From Sphyrna mokarran (lineage: Eukaryota), in the NCBI GenBank assembly GCA_024679065.1, contig JAGIQG010000040.1:6014001-6078000 (forward strand): 64,000 nucleotides of DNA. The letters are read 5' to 3'. Positions 49,757 through 62,615 of the stretch are shown piece by piece. Every line of letters begins with the position of its first letter. Position 1 is the first letter of the stretch. The notes under the pieces were generated by a model, which worked only from the letters and a program-made list of their open reading frames with translations, did no database searches and was not told the origin of the DNA. The position numbers were made by a program, and so were the translations under genes.

Positions 49757-51517
49757 TCATTTCTTCTGACAATCCACTGCATCCACGCCTTTCATAGTCT
49801 TGAAGACATTTATCAGGTCTCCACTTAACCTCCATCCCTCCAGTGAGAACAAACCAAACTTCTCCAAACTTTCCTCATAGCTAATGCCCTCCATACCAGG
49901 CAACATCCTGGTAAATCTTTTCTGTGCCCTCTCCAAAGCCTCCACGTCCTTCTGGTAGTGCGGCGACCAGAATTGTGTACCTGTACATCCAGATCCCTTT
50001 GCCCATCAATACTCTTAAGCGTTCTGCCATTTACTGTATGGTTTCCATCTGTGTTAGGCCTTCCAAAATGCATTACCTCACATTTGTCTGGATTATGCTC
50101 CATCATTCATCTCGACACCCAAGTCTCCAACTGTTCTACAATCTGCTGCATCCTCTGATGGTCCTCATCACTATCCGCAAATCCACCAACCTTTGCGTCG
50201 TCGCAAGCTTACTAATCAATCCAGTTACATTTTACTCCAATTTATATATATATATATATATTACAAACTGCAAAAGTCCCAGCACTAATCTCTGAAGAAC
50301 AGCACTTGTCACAGCCCTCCATTCAGAAACGCACCATTCCACTGCTACTCTCTGTCTTCTTTGATCAAGCTAATTTTGTACCCATCTTGCCAGCTCATCT
50401 CTGATCCCATGCGGTTTCACCTTCTGCACCATTCTGCCATGAGGGACCGTGTCAATGGCCTTACTGAAGTCCATGTAGACAATATCCACTGTCCTACCCT
50501 CATCAATTATCTTCATCACTTCCTCAAAAAACTCGATCCAGTTCATGAGACACAACCTCCCCATCACAAAACCACGTTGCCTCGGACAAATAAGTCCTAT
50601 TATTTCCAAGTGGGAATAAATACTGTCTCGAAGAATCCTCTCCAATTATTTCCCTACCACTGAAGTAAGGCTCACCGGCCTGTAATTACCTGGATTATTC
50701 TTGCTACCCTTCTTAAATAAGTGTCTATTCTCCAATCTTCTGAGATATTGTCTATACAGTAAGCGGTCTGACAACACAAGGTTTAAATCCAACCGATTTA
50801 TTTGACAGTAAACTCACAAGCTTTCGACCCTCTGGCCTTCGTCAGGTGAATGAGACGTTCCGGTCTCAAACACCTCATTCACCTGACGAAGACCAGAGAT
50901 TCAAAATTTTGTGAGTTTATTATCAAATAAGTCGGTTGGATTTAAACCTGGTGTTGTCAGACTTCTTGCTATGTTTACCCCAGTCCAACGCCAGCATCTC
51001 TACATATTCCCTGTAGTCAATGAGGCTACAAAGATTTTTCTTGCTTCTCTCGGTATACTGGGATATGTCCCACCAGGCCCTGGAGACTTGTCTACCTTGA
51101 TGTTTCTCAAGAACCTCCTCCATTTTGATCTCAACATGACTCAAACTATCTACACATCCTTTCCCCGACTCCTCATCCACCAAGTCCTTCTCTTTGGTGA
51201 ATACTGACGCAAAGTAGCCATTTAATACCTCACTCATTTCCTCTGGATCCATGCGTAGATTCCTTCCCTTGTCTTTGAGTGGGCCAACCCCCTCCCTGGC
51301 TACCCTCTTGCTCTTTACATATGTGTAGAAAGCCTTGCGATTTTCCTTCATCATGCTGGCCAATGCTATTTCATGACCCCTTTTAGCTCTTCCTAGTTTT
51401 TGCTTAAGTTTTTTTCTACTTTTCTTGTATTCCACACTTGCTTCTGTGTTCCCAGCCTCCTAGCTTTGACAAGTGTTTCTTTTTACACTCTAACTAGGCT
51501 CACAATATCTCTCAGTT
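49757..51517 (-). mobile_element. Duplicate of the degenerate CR1 LINE
   Basis: Collinear with 19295-21050. Confidence 0.9.
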
Positions 51518-53379
51518 TGACCATCTCGGGTATTACTGCGATCTCGCTGAAACTCACAGCGATGGAAAGCAGTCTGATTCCTGAAAAAAAACTGCCTTGA
51601 ATTATAAGCTGAAAATCCTGTCTGCTGCGGGTTGCACAGAATCGCGGGCAGATGCAGCCATAATGTGACTGTCAGTTAACGCAAGAATCCTCATTAATCT
51701 GGGATCAACCCAAGTGTTTCCAGTATTCTGCCACTTCAATCATTGTGTGTCTATGAGTCTGTGAGATCCCTCAGCGCTGAACTGGCTGATATCGAAAAGG
51801 AAATCCTCGAGCCGAGCTGATTTCAGCACCCCGATCGGGGAACGGGTACACTGTTCCAAATGGGGTCGCGGGGATGAAACACTGCTCTGTTAATTAACAG
51901 CACCAAATTCTGGGTTGCTTAGAGTAACAAACAACATTAAAGAAACATTCTGAAGTTCACTGGTCATTGGGGGAATTCTGCGCTCATTGTCCATTTAAAA
52001 GATCACAGTCACTTCATTGTGAAATTTCTTCATTTTGTATACACTTCCTTAGAAGCAGCAGCACATCTCTCAGATCAAATAAACCCAGTGACCAGGCCTC
52101 AGTAAAAGAATTCAGAACCCGTCAGGAGAGACGGGGATCGAGTTGCTCAGTATTCGAGACATGGAAACTGCATCCTAGGGCAATAACTAAACTAATAAAA
52201 TCGAATAGATTTAAAAAGATCGGCGATAGCACAAATGCAAGTTAAAATAAACTAATATAACTTCTCAAACGTTGCTCACCTCTTGTTGGGGTATTTTTTG
52301 ATATTTTGGGAAGGTCCCAGTGACTCACGCAGACAGTGAATTATTGGTTCTGTTTATCAGCATTAGAGCGCCCTCTGGTGTTACAGAACTGGAACTCCCC
52401 GGTGTGGGGTTATTGTCCGGGATCCGCTCTATCTCTGCACCAGTGTGGGCTCCGGGGCACAGAAATACACGGCGCTGTCGGAGAGAAGCTTCCCGGCTAT
52501 ATTAAAAAGAACAGTTTTATTTCCTTTGCGCAAAACAGCAGGAAAATCTGTCCGATACATCTTGAAAAATTATCTTCCGTGTTATATATCTTCAATAAAT
52601 ATTTATTTTAAATATTAAACACAAGTATCTCGAACTGCAACTCCAGACAATATCTCTCACGAGGAATGGATTACAAAATTACTTATACGGTGTCCGTTGG
52701 CAAATGGGTGAACGCGCCGCCCGAGTCCTTGTTGCAAACTTTCATCCCAATGTTAGGAATGGAAGTTTGCAACAGGGAATGAACAATGTTATTCAATATT
52801 GGCACTTCATCAACCGGATACCAGTTCCAATCATCCAGTGACTAAATTACCCCGAGCCTCACAGAGACCAGCGCCCGCGGGAAGTACAATCTGTCAGCAG
52901 ATGGCGACATTGTATTATTTAAATCGAAGATAGTGAAACTGCAGATTGAAATCACAGCTGAGTTTAGTTTTCTTGATACCAGCTTCCCTGGAAGAGTGCA
53001 GTCCCACCACCATCGCCACCATTTCAAATGCAATGAGGAAAGTGCAATAAATTGTGGACTCAACAACGAAGCCCACATTTGGTCAAATTAATTTTAAAAT
53101 GATTTGTCTAGGGGATATTTGTAGTGTCCCGTTCCCCAGTGACCTCGAGTGGAGCGGAATTGCAATCAGTTTTACACTGTTTAAGCTGACCATAATTGGA
53201 GAGATCCCTGATCACAAATACCAGTCCAATAAATCTCCTTCCGGCCCGTCAAGGCCAGTTGTGTGCAGAGTAATATTTTACAGTGATAAAGATATTTTTC
53301 AAAATACACAACTTATTTGAATGAAACAGAAAAAAATCCGTATCATTCATTCCTGGAATTATAGTGTCAGTTTAGAATG

Positions 53380-53623
53380 CAGTAAGAAGTCTCACGGCAT
53401 CAGATTAAAGTCCAATCAGTTTATTTGATAGTAAATTCACAAGCTTTCAGGGTTTGCCCCTTCGTCAGGTGTGGGAGAGTTCTGTTCTGAACTGTCCACT
53501 CACAGGACGAAGTGGCAAACCCCGAAAGCTTGTGGGTTACTATTAAATAAGCCTGTGGACTTCAACCTGATGTTGGAAGACTTCTTACTGTCTTTACCCC
53601 AGTCCAACGCTGGCATCTCCACA
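53380..53623. mobile_element. Palindromic Penelope-type element (family A), duplicate
   Basis: Same site in cassette A''. Confidence 0.75.
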
Positions 53624-54693
53624 TCAGTTTAGAATGTGCAGAGGTTAATTCCAAACTAAAAGCATGTTTCCCTTGTGATAGAGAACAAAACTTGCGGGAT
53701 AACGTTAATAAACTCCTCAAGATCTCCTTAGAAATTGTGAGATTGTGTTTTATTTTTCGCCATGATGTTTCTTGATTTGTGATAACCTCTTCTTCAGAAA
53801 TCAGTGGTGGCAAGGTCATTGAACAAAATCACGATGGGGATGGGGTCAACTATTGAATGACCAGGGAGTCAGAGTGTACAGGGGGAGACATGGGAATACA
53901 GATGTGACAATTCAATCAGCCAGGATCTTATCAAATGTCGGGCAGTCTCGGGGTGGCAGAGTTGCTTAGTCCTGCTCCGAATTTGTCTGTTCACATGGCT
54001 ACAAGTGGACTTATTATATTAGTTGATTACAAGTCGTCTTGATACAGACGTTAAACCTCGTAAATGCCCTCATGATATTTTAATGTGCTTTTTGTCTCCT
54101 TTACTCCCATTTCCCCGCCGGTGAAACAGCCATTTCTCATCTCCTCTCTCAGCAGCTTATAACTGGCCTGCTCAGAGGCTGTATTTCATCAGTGCGTGTT
54201 CCTGCATCAAAAACAGCGGATCTGCAATCAACATGTCCCACAGAGTAATGGAGAATGGGCTGCTTGTGTTTCAGTCTGTCTCCCGGAGGATAATATTGTT
54301 TCCCCTTTTCCTTTAACTGTTCTTTTTATGACGATCATTAACAAACCGACCCTCACAGCAGATCGCTGTCTCTCACTGGGACATTGGCTGCAGCACAGAT
54401 CCAGGGGGTTTCTTTCACTGATATCCAGCTCATACAGGACGCCCGGTCACTGAGGGCGGGGATTATAACGGCTGCCTTCACTTATGATTCTGGGATGTTT
54501 TCTCTCTTCCGCTGCAGTTGTGCAGCTCATTTTCTCAGCCTCTCCCGCTAACTGTTGGCTGACAGTTTGATCCGAGGTTAATCTGGTTTCTTCTCGGTGT
54601 GTATCTCAGCGCCTGCGAGCGCCGCTGCTTTGCAGCAACCGCAGTCCTGCTTAAAGCTCAACAGAGCGGAGCTCGCACTAACAACCCAAAGGC

Positions 54694-54732
54694 AGTTTTT
54701 GTACAGGGGTGAGACTGCTTTCCATCACTGTG
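54694..54732 (-). other. 23-RSS of V10
   Basis: CACAGTG (54726-54732), 23-bp spacer, ACAAAAACT (54694-54702). Confidence 0.96.
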
Positions 54733-55187
54733 ATGGATTGAAAGCGCAGTAATACACGGCGGCATCAGTCAGCTGCAGATCCATAATTGTTAAACTGGTG
54801 AATTTAGTCGAGGTCTGAAGATTTATAGAGAAACGGCTTTTGGCAAAATCTGCCTTCCGTTCATCACTATATGTATTTCTCAACACTATAAACTCGGGCT
54901 GGTTTCCTGGGAGTTGTCGGTACCAGTATAATGCATAGTTGCTGCGTGTAGTTTCATAGCTACAGGTCAATACGACCTGTGCTCCTTCTGCCTTAACATC
55001 TGAGGGCAGCGACTGAGTGACAGAATCTCCATGAGTTAAATCTGGAAAATAGAACATTAATAAGAAAAAGTTTAGACCGGTGGCTGATTGAAATGTGATT
55101 CCAATCAAGCTTGGGGAATGAAAAAGCGCATCCACATTTACCTGTCAGCAATGTTCCCAACACAACCCAGATGCTGAGCAGCCGCAT
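54733..55187 (-). CDS. TCR alpha/delta-type V gene segment V10 (leader 55142-55187, V exon 54733-55041)
   Basis: Duplicate of V5, with E>Q in FR1 and W>L in the leader; open frame. Confidence 0.92.
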
Positions 55188-56213
55188 TGTCTCTGTCCTC
55201 TCTGTGAAAGGGGAGAGGGGGTTTGGATATTTAGCCACCCTTTTTAAACCCCGCCCTTAATAATCTGTTACCGGCTCTCAGGCTGCGCTCCCCTCACTTC
55301 CTCGCTTTCCCATTGGTGCTGTGAGGCCGGCAGAGAGCAAAGAGAATCAACCCCCGGGCTGCATTCCGCTCACTGTTCTTGCAGAGAAAATGCTTCCAGA
55401 ATTATATACCAGAGTTGGGGAAGGAACACCATCACCATAATTGTTCCAAAGAAAATAAATAATTTTTGAATGAGTTTGTCACTTTGTTTTCACGGATTTG
55501 GCTCCACTTTCATGACCATGACTCCAGTGAAATTCCTCTCAAGGGCTTTAATTATTATTATTAATACATGCAATAATGTCAGAGTTGCTGTAAAGTTTAG
55601 TTTTCTACTCAAATCTCCCCTTGAGAAGGGGAGAGGGTGTGCAGCCTTCTTAAACTGCTGTGGTCTCTCGGAACTATTAATATGGGGAAAGAGGATGTGG
55701 AACATATCTAGCTTTTCCACTAACGCAAAATTCCTCCGGATGCTGCGGTTTCATCCCAAACACTAAAGATGTGCAGGTTAGTTGGATTGGCCAGGCTAAC
55801 TTGTCCCTTCGTGTCCAAGTTAAGTGTATAGGTAACTGTATAGGTATGAGCAAGGTATACATTACGTGTATAGGTGTAAGCAACGAAGACTCACTAAACA
55901 GATCCATGTGTTTGAACTGTGGTCTCAACAATGATGTGTGCAGGCTTACACGTGTCCCCTTGTTTTCTGAAATCTGCTTCCTTGTTAATAATCCTCGGGA
56001 TTCTGCATTTGCTTAATGTCATCAGCGGCTTCTTCCGTTTTTTAGAAAGTTTATTTATCCGTGTACAAGAAGGCTCACATTAACACTGTGGGATCCGGGG
56101 ATATGGCCTGTGTGGGATTGTTGTCGGGGAATCGGTGCAGCTTCAGTGGGCCAAATGGCCTCCTTCTGCACTGCAGGGATTTTATAGTCTGATGATAGTC
56201 TGATCATCATAGA

Positions 56214-57515
56214 TAGATGACAGCGGGTACTGAGGAGCAGTGCCAGGCAATACAACAGGACATAGATAGGCTGGTAGATTGGGCAGATCGATGGCAAATG
56301 GAATTTAATCCGGATAAATGCGAGGTGATGCATTTTGGCCGGAATAATGTGGAGGGGAGTTATAGGATAAAAGGTAAAGCTATCCGGAGTATAGAGACGC
56401 AGAGAGACCTGGGGGTGCAGGTTCACAAGTCTCTGAAGGTGTCAGTACAGGTGGAGAATGTGATAAAGAAAGCGTATGGTATGTTAGCCTTCATAGTAAG
56501 GGGTATAGAATACAAGAGTAGGAGTCTGATGTTGCAATAGTGTATGAAAGTTTGGTTAAAGGCCTCACTTGGAGTACTGCGTTCCAAGTTCTTTCTGGTC
56601 GTCCGTACTATCGGAAGGAATGTGGAGCATTTGGAGAGAGTGGCAGAGGAATTTTAACCAGGATGCGGCCTGGTTGGAATGGCTGTCTTACGAGGAAAGA
56701 TTGAACGCACTGGGGTTGTTTTCCCTTGAAAGACGTCGGCTGAGAGGGGATCTATTAGACGTATATAAAATGATAAGGGGTATAGATAGAGCAAATGGTG
56801 GTAAGCTTTTTCCACCATTAGAAATGGATAGAACGAGGGGTCATGGGCTTAGGGTGAGGGGGGCTATGTATAACACGAATATTAGAGGGCAGTTTTTCAC
56901 ACAAAGGGTAGTGGGGGTGTGGAATGCACTGCCGAGTAAGGTGGTGGGAGCAGGCACGCTAGGGCTGTTTAAGGGTCTCTTGGACAGCCACATGAGCGGT
57001 ATGCAGATTGAGGGATATACGCAGGACCTGTCTAAATATCTTTATTGTTTCCACAGCAGGCAATTCGGTCCACCTTGTTTGCCCAACAAGGTGCATGCCT
57101 TTCGGCAGGTCTTGGCGAGGGCTGCTCTGGATTTTTCTTCAGGAGTGGCCTAGGTGCTTCAAGACGTTAGTGTATGCTTAACTGGACCATCTGATGGGCC
57201 CATTACAGCTCGAACTACGCTGTTGCTGTGCAGACAATATATTAGGCCTGTGTCTGCGGGACGTTGTGCGTTCTCCCCGTGGTTGCATGGGTTTTCTCTG
57301 GGTGCTCCGGTTTTCCTCCCACATCCCAAAAATGTGCCTTGGCTGATTGGGTCACAAATTGTCCCTTATTGGTTCCCTATGTAGTGGGAATCTTCCACAA
57401 TAGGCATAGCCTAAAGTCGTGGATATGTCATTAAGACGTTAGGATGGCGGCGCGGGCTCGTTGGGCCGAAGGGCCTGTTTCCCGTGCTGTGTTGCTCTTT
57501 GTTCTTTGTTCTTTG
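56214..57515 (+). mobile_element. Duplicate of the young CR1 LINE, with indel-rich central segments
   Basis: Collinear with 25742-27020; many single-base indels between about 56495 and 57385. Confidence 0.9.
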
Positions 57516-59604
57516 TATGATATTCAGGCAAAAAAAATTTTAAGTGCATGTAAAAGGAACCCACAGCCGAAATTGGAGCATGGTCATTGTCGCATCACAC
57601 CTCATTATAGATAAAACACTCCAGTGTATTTTCCCGTTCTGCTCTCAATGTTGAAAATGTTTTAAAGGGAAATGTTTCATTGAGAATGTCAACATCGAGA
57701 CTCAGATGCCTACCAGTGCTGTTGCTGAGGAACTTTGGATCAAAGATTCCGTAGATGACCATTCAAGTAGCTATATTTTGTTGCATTGAACTGGGTTGCA
57801 ATCATTAATGTCTATTTTTGTTGGGTATGAAGGTAACTATCTGGAATATATTCACTGAGAGCGAGTCAATGTCCCAATGCTGAAACTCTAGTAGAGTTGA
57901 ACCGCCTCTGGCAGTATTATTTCTAATTGCGCGCCTTAATGTTGCACTTCCTCCTGAGAGATTGCACAGGAGTGTGTTGTGGTGTGGAAGATCCTTATAC
58001 TTGGACAGGATGACTCCTGTGGTGGGGAAGAGGAAGATATTTTACTCTGAGGGATTTTTTTTGCGCAGATTGGACCCAAGGATGGATATGCATTTTGCCT
58101 GTTGGGAAATTAGTTTGGGAAAGTGATGATTTATTCATTATGCATTCAAGATTTATTTTTAAAAAAACAATCAGGGAACAGTTTACAGAAAAGTTTCTTT
58201 TAAAATGCACAGAAGAGAACATAACAATTGATTTTCAAATTGAGAACAAAGCACGTGTGCTCTAAGCTGCCCAATGTATGTAGAATCGACACCAGAAGGA
58301 GAAACCAGGAGTTCAACAAAAAGAGAAGGAAACAATTCTTCATAACCAATATGAAAAGTTGCTTATCTATTCGTGAAATGTCGGCGAAACTACGAGCTAT
58401 ATTTAATTTACAATATTTAATATGGGTTCTCGATCTCTGGCGTTGCTCACGGTGCCACTGAGCGATTGGCTGTTTCTCAAACCATCGTCCACTTGAACTC
58501 TCACTGCTTCCGATCCTCTCTGCTTCCTGTGTGTAGCAGCAGAGTATACAGTAAGAGGTCTGACAACACCAGTTTTAAATCCAACTGATTTATTTGATAT
58601 TAAACTCGCAAGCTTCCGGCTATTATAGCCTTCTTCCTCCGCACATACGCAGTATACGCACCCTCTTTGACATGTGCAGTATCGAGCCGGCCTCCCACGC
58701 AGGGGATAGAACAGTTTTGCTTTTGGGGGGGGGTGGGGGGGATTGTGGGATCTGTGGCTGCCATTACTCATTTGGAGCATAATCTCCAAACTCCTCGACT
58801 GGGCTGGAAAGCGGGGGTGGAGGACACAGTGACCTCACCTGACACAAAGTACATGTGGGAATAGAAGGATACAAACGGATGGTCTAGTTAGGAACACATG
58901 ATCGGTTCAGGCTTGGAGGATCCAAAGGCCTGTTCCTGTGCTGTATTGTTCTTTGAGTCAGTGGTTTGGATTGGGACGTCCCCTTAGCAAAACAGTTTGT
59001 TCACTTCAGGTGGAAAGATTTAGATTCCAACTTCATGAGCCTGACATAGAAAGAGGGGTGGGGAATGTGCAGTGACCTCCATCCTACACAAAATCAGCCC
59101 TGGGTCTTTGGCTTTCTGTGCAATGAGTTGGGACTTAGGTGTCCATGCTGTGAGCTGGGTCAAGGGATGTCTGTGTAGCGAGTCAAACATGGGGAGGTGA
59201 CCCCTGCTTTTGTGTGTGTGTGAGGGTGAATGGACCCCAATGATTGCTTATGTGTTTGTGAAACAGAGAGTGGAATCAATATTGTGTGTGCGAGAAAGAA
59301 CTAGAGCTATGGTGTGTATGTCTATGAGATAGGGTGAAGTGCCTACGGTTGTTTGTGTCTGGTTGACAGAGAGTGGAGTCAGTACGCGCGTGTGAAAAAA
59401 AGTAATGGTTTGTATATGAGACAGCAGGGGAATATATGTGTGTGAGAGTCAGAGAAAAGGGGCTGAGAGAGAGGGAAGTCATTTTGTCTGGATGGGCAAG
59501 TGTGAGAGATTCTGTGTATGGGTGCATATTCAAGAGAGAAACCGAAAGCACATAAACGTGTGAGAAGAGAAGTCCGTTGTAAGATCTGATTTTCAATTAT
59601 AAGT

Positions 59605-59769
59605 CAGGGGAAAGCGCGAACGCAGTCCCCCCACTACCACAAATTCTGCAGTCGAGTATCCCACATCTGGGGACATCGCAGGCTTCAGCACACCCAGAGT
59701 GCAATGGGATAGCCTCATCCTGGGAGATCAACCTGTCTGATCATTGATTCTCCCCTGCCAGGTAAGTAT
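59605..59769 (-). ncRNA. RNU1: U1 snRNA, full-length variant (gene or pseudogene), copy 2
   Basis: Same as copy 1 with 3 substitutions; lies in the duplicated B' cassette. Confidence 0.93.
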
Positions 59770-60525
59770 GCTCAACTAACCTCTCATATTGTACATCACA
59801 TCAAGCACTACCCCTCACAGTCAGACAAACAAAACTTTCACTCATAATATCGCCCTGTTCAGATTTATTGTCACTGGAACAACAATAAGATCATGATTGA
59901 TCTGAAGTGGATCATATCCACTTTCCTGCTTTCTCCCCATAACCCTTGTCTATCAGAAATCTCATTATGAGATTGTGTTTGTGTTTTCGCCATGATGTTT
60001 CTTGGTTTGTGATAACCTCTTCTTCAGAAATCAGTGGTGGCAAGGTCATTGAACAAAATTCCGAAGTGGTGGGGTCGATTATTGAATGACCAGGGAGTCA
60101 GAGTGTACAGAGGGAGACATGGGAATACAGATGTGACAATTCAATCAGCCAGGATCTTATCAAATGTTGGACAGTCTCGGGGTGGCCGAGTTGCTAAGTC
60201 CTGCTCCGAATTTGTCTGTTCACATGGCTACAAGTGGACATTATATTAGTTGATTACAAGTCGCCTTTATACAGACGTTAAACCTCGTAAATGCACTCTC
60301 GATATTTTAATGTGCTTTTTGTCTCCTTTACTCCCATTTCACCGCCTGTGAAACAACCATTTCTCATCTCCTCTCTCAGCAGCTTATAACTGGCCTGTTC
60401 AGAGGCTGTATTTCATCAGTGCGTGTTACTGCATCAGAAACAGCGGATCTGCAATCAACATGTCCCACAGAGTAATGGAGAATGGGCTGCTTGTGTTTCA
60501 GTCTGTCGCACTAACAACCAAAGGC

Positions 60526-60564
60526 AGTTTTTGTACAGGGGTGAGACTGATTTCCATCACTGTG
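60526..60564 (-). other. 23-RSS of V11
   Basis: CACAGTG (60558-60564), 23-bp spacer, ACAAAAACT (60526-60534). Confidence 0.96.
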
Positions 60565-61019
60565 ATGGACTGAAAGCGCAGTAATACACGGCGGCATCAG
60601 TCAGCTGCAGATCCGAGATCTTTAAACTGGTGAATTTAGTCGAGGTCTGAAGATTTATAGAGAAACGGCTTTTGGCAAAATCTGCTTTATATTCATCATT
60701 ATATGTACCTCTCCACACTATAAACTCGGGCTGGTTTCCTGGGAGTTGTCGGTACCAGTGTAATGCATAGTCGCTCTGTGTAGTTTCATAGTTACAGGTT
60801 AATACGAGCTCTGCTCCTTCTGCTTTAACATCTGAGGGCAGCGACTGAGTGACAGAATCTCCATGAGTTAAATCTGGAAAATAGAACATTAATAAGAAAA
60901 AGTTTAGACCGGTGGCTGATTGAAATGTGATTCCAATCAAGCTTGGGGAATGAAAAAGCGCATCCACATTTACCTGTCAGCAATGTTCCCCACACAACCC
61001 AGATGCTGAGCAGCCGCAT
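60565..61019 (-). CDS. TCR alpha/delta-type V gene segment V11 (leader 60974-61019, V exon 60565-60873)
   Basis: V3 subfamily; NYETTQSDYALH and VWRGTYNDEYK; open frame. Confidence 0.92.
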
Positions 61020-62461
61020 TGTCTCTGTCCTCTCTGTGAAAGGGGAGAGGGGGTTTGGATATTTAGCCTCCCTTTTTAGACCCCGCCCTTAATAATCTGT
61101 TACCGGCTCTCAGGCTGCGCTCCCCTCACTTCCTCGCTTTCCCATTGGTGATGTGAGGCCGGCAGAGAGCAAAGAGAATCAACCCCCGGGCTGCATTCCG
61201 CTCACTGTTCTTGCAGAGAAAATGCTTCCAGAATTATACACCAGAGTTGGGGAAGGAACACCTTCACCATAATTGAACCAAAGAAAGTAAATAATTTTTC
61301 AATGAGTTTGTCACGTTGTTTTCACGGATTTGGCTCCACTATCAGTGTAGTGATAAACATGACTCCAGTGAAAATCCTCTCAAGGGCTTTAATTATTATT
61401 AATATATGAAGTAATTATATGTGAAGCGGGCTCGTTGGGCCGATGGGCCTGTTTTCCGTGCTGTGTTGTTCTTTCTTCTAATGTCAAAGTTGCTGAAAGT
61501 CTAGTTTTCTACTCAATTCTTCCCTTGAGAAGGAGAGAGAGTGTGCGGCGTTTTTAAACTGCTGTGATCTCTCAGAACTATTAGTAAAGAGAATGTGTAA
61601 TATATCCAGCTTTTCCACTACTGCAAAGTCCCTCCGGATGCTGCGGTTTCATCCCAAATTCCAAAGATGTGCAGGTTAGGGTGGATTGGCCAGGCTAACT
61701 TGTCCCTTAGTGTCCCAAGGTGTGTATGTAAGTCGAGGGGTTAGCAGGTTGAATATGTGGGCTCCGGGGATATGGCCTGTGTGGGATTGTTGTCGGGGAG
61801 TCGGTGCAGGTTCAGGATTTTATTCTCTTGTGATATTCAGGCAAGAAATGTTTTTAAAACATGTAAAAGGAACCTGCAGCCGACATTGGAGCATGGTCAT
61901 TATCCCATCACACCTCATTATAGGTAAAACACTCCAGTGTATTTTACCGTTCTGCTCTCAATGTTGAAAATGTTTAAAGGGGAATGTTTCATTGAGAATG
62001 TCAACATCGAGACTCAGCTGCCTACCAGTGCTGTTGCTGAGGAACTTTGGGCCAACGATTCCGTAGATGCCGATTCAAGTAGCTATATTTGGTTGCATTG
62101 AACTGGGTTGCAATCATTAATGTCTATTTTTGTTGAGTATGAAGGTAACTATCTGGAATATATTCACTGAGAGCGAGTCAATATCCCGATGCTGAAACTC
62201 TAGTCGAGCTGAAACGCCCTCTGGTGGTATTTTTTTCTAATTGCGCGCCTCAATGTTCCACTTCCCCCTGAGAGATTGCACAGGACTGTGTTGTGGTGTG
62301 GGAGATCCTTATACTTGGACAGGTTGAGTCGTGTGGTGGGGAAGAGAAAGGTATTTTACTCTGAGGGATTTTTGTTTTGCGCAGATTGGACCCAAGGATG
62401 GATATGCATTTTTGCCTGTTGGGAAATTAGTTTGGGAAAATGATGATTTATTCATTATGCT

Positions 62462-62615
62462 TTCAAGACTTATTTTTAAAAAAACAATCAGGGAACATCT
62501 TACAGAAAAGTTTCTTTTAAAATGCACAGAGGAGAACATTCAAGATTTATTTTTAAAAAAGCAATCAGGGAACAGTTTACAGAAAAGTTTCTTTTAAAAT
62601 GCCCAGAGGAGAACA
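62462..62615 (+). repeat. 77-bp tandem duplication
   Basis: TTCAAGA(C/T)TTATTTTTAAAAAA...GAGAACA occurs twice here and once in the paralogous flanks. Confidence 0.9.

Noticed and set aside
1855-61019. NAR-TCR V, NAR-TCR supporting V-delta, or IgH-like V (TAILV) identity
   Set aside because: Every segment has its own leader, only the two canonical Cys, TCR-like frameworks, and no D segments or 12-RSS were noticed between them. TRAV versus TRDV cannot be resolved from this window.
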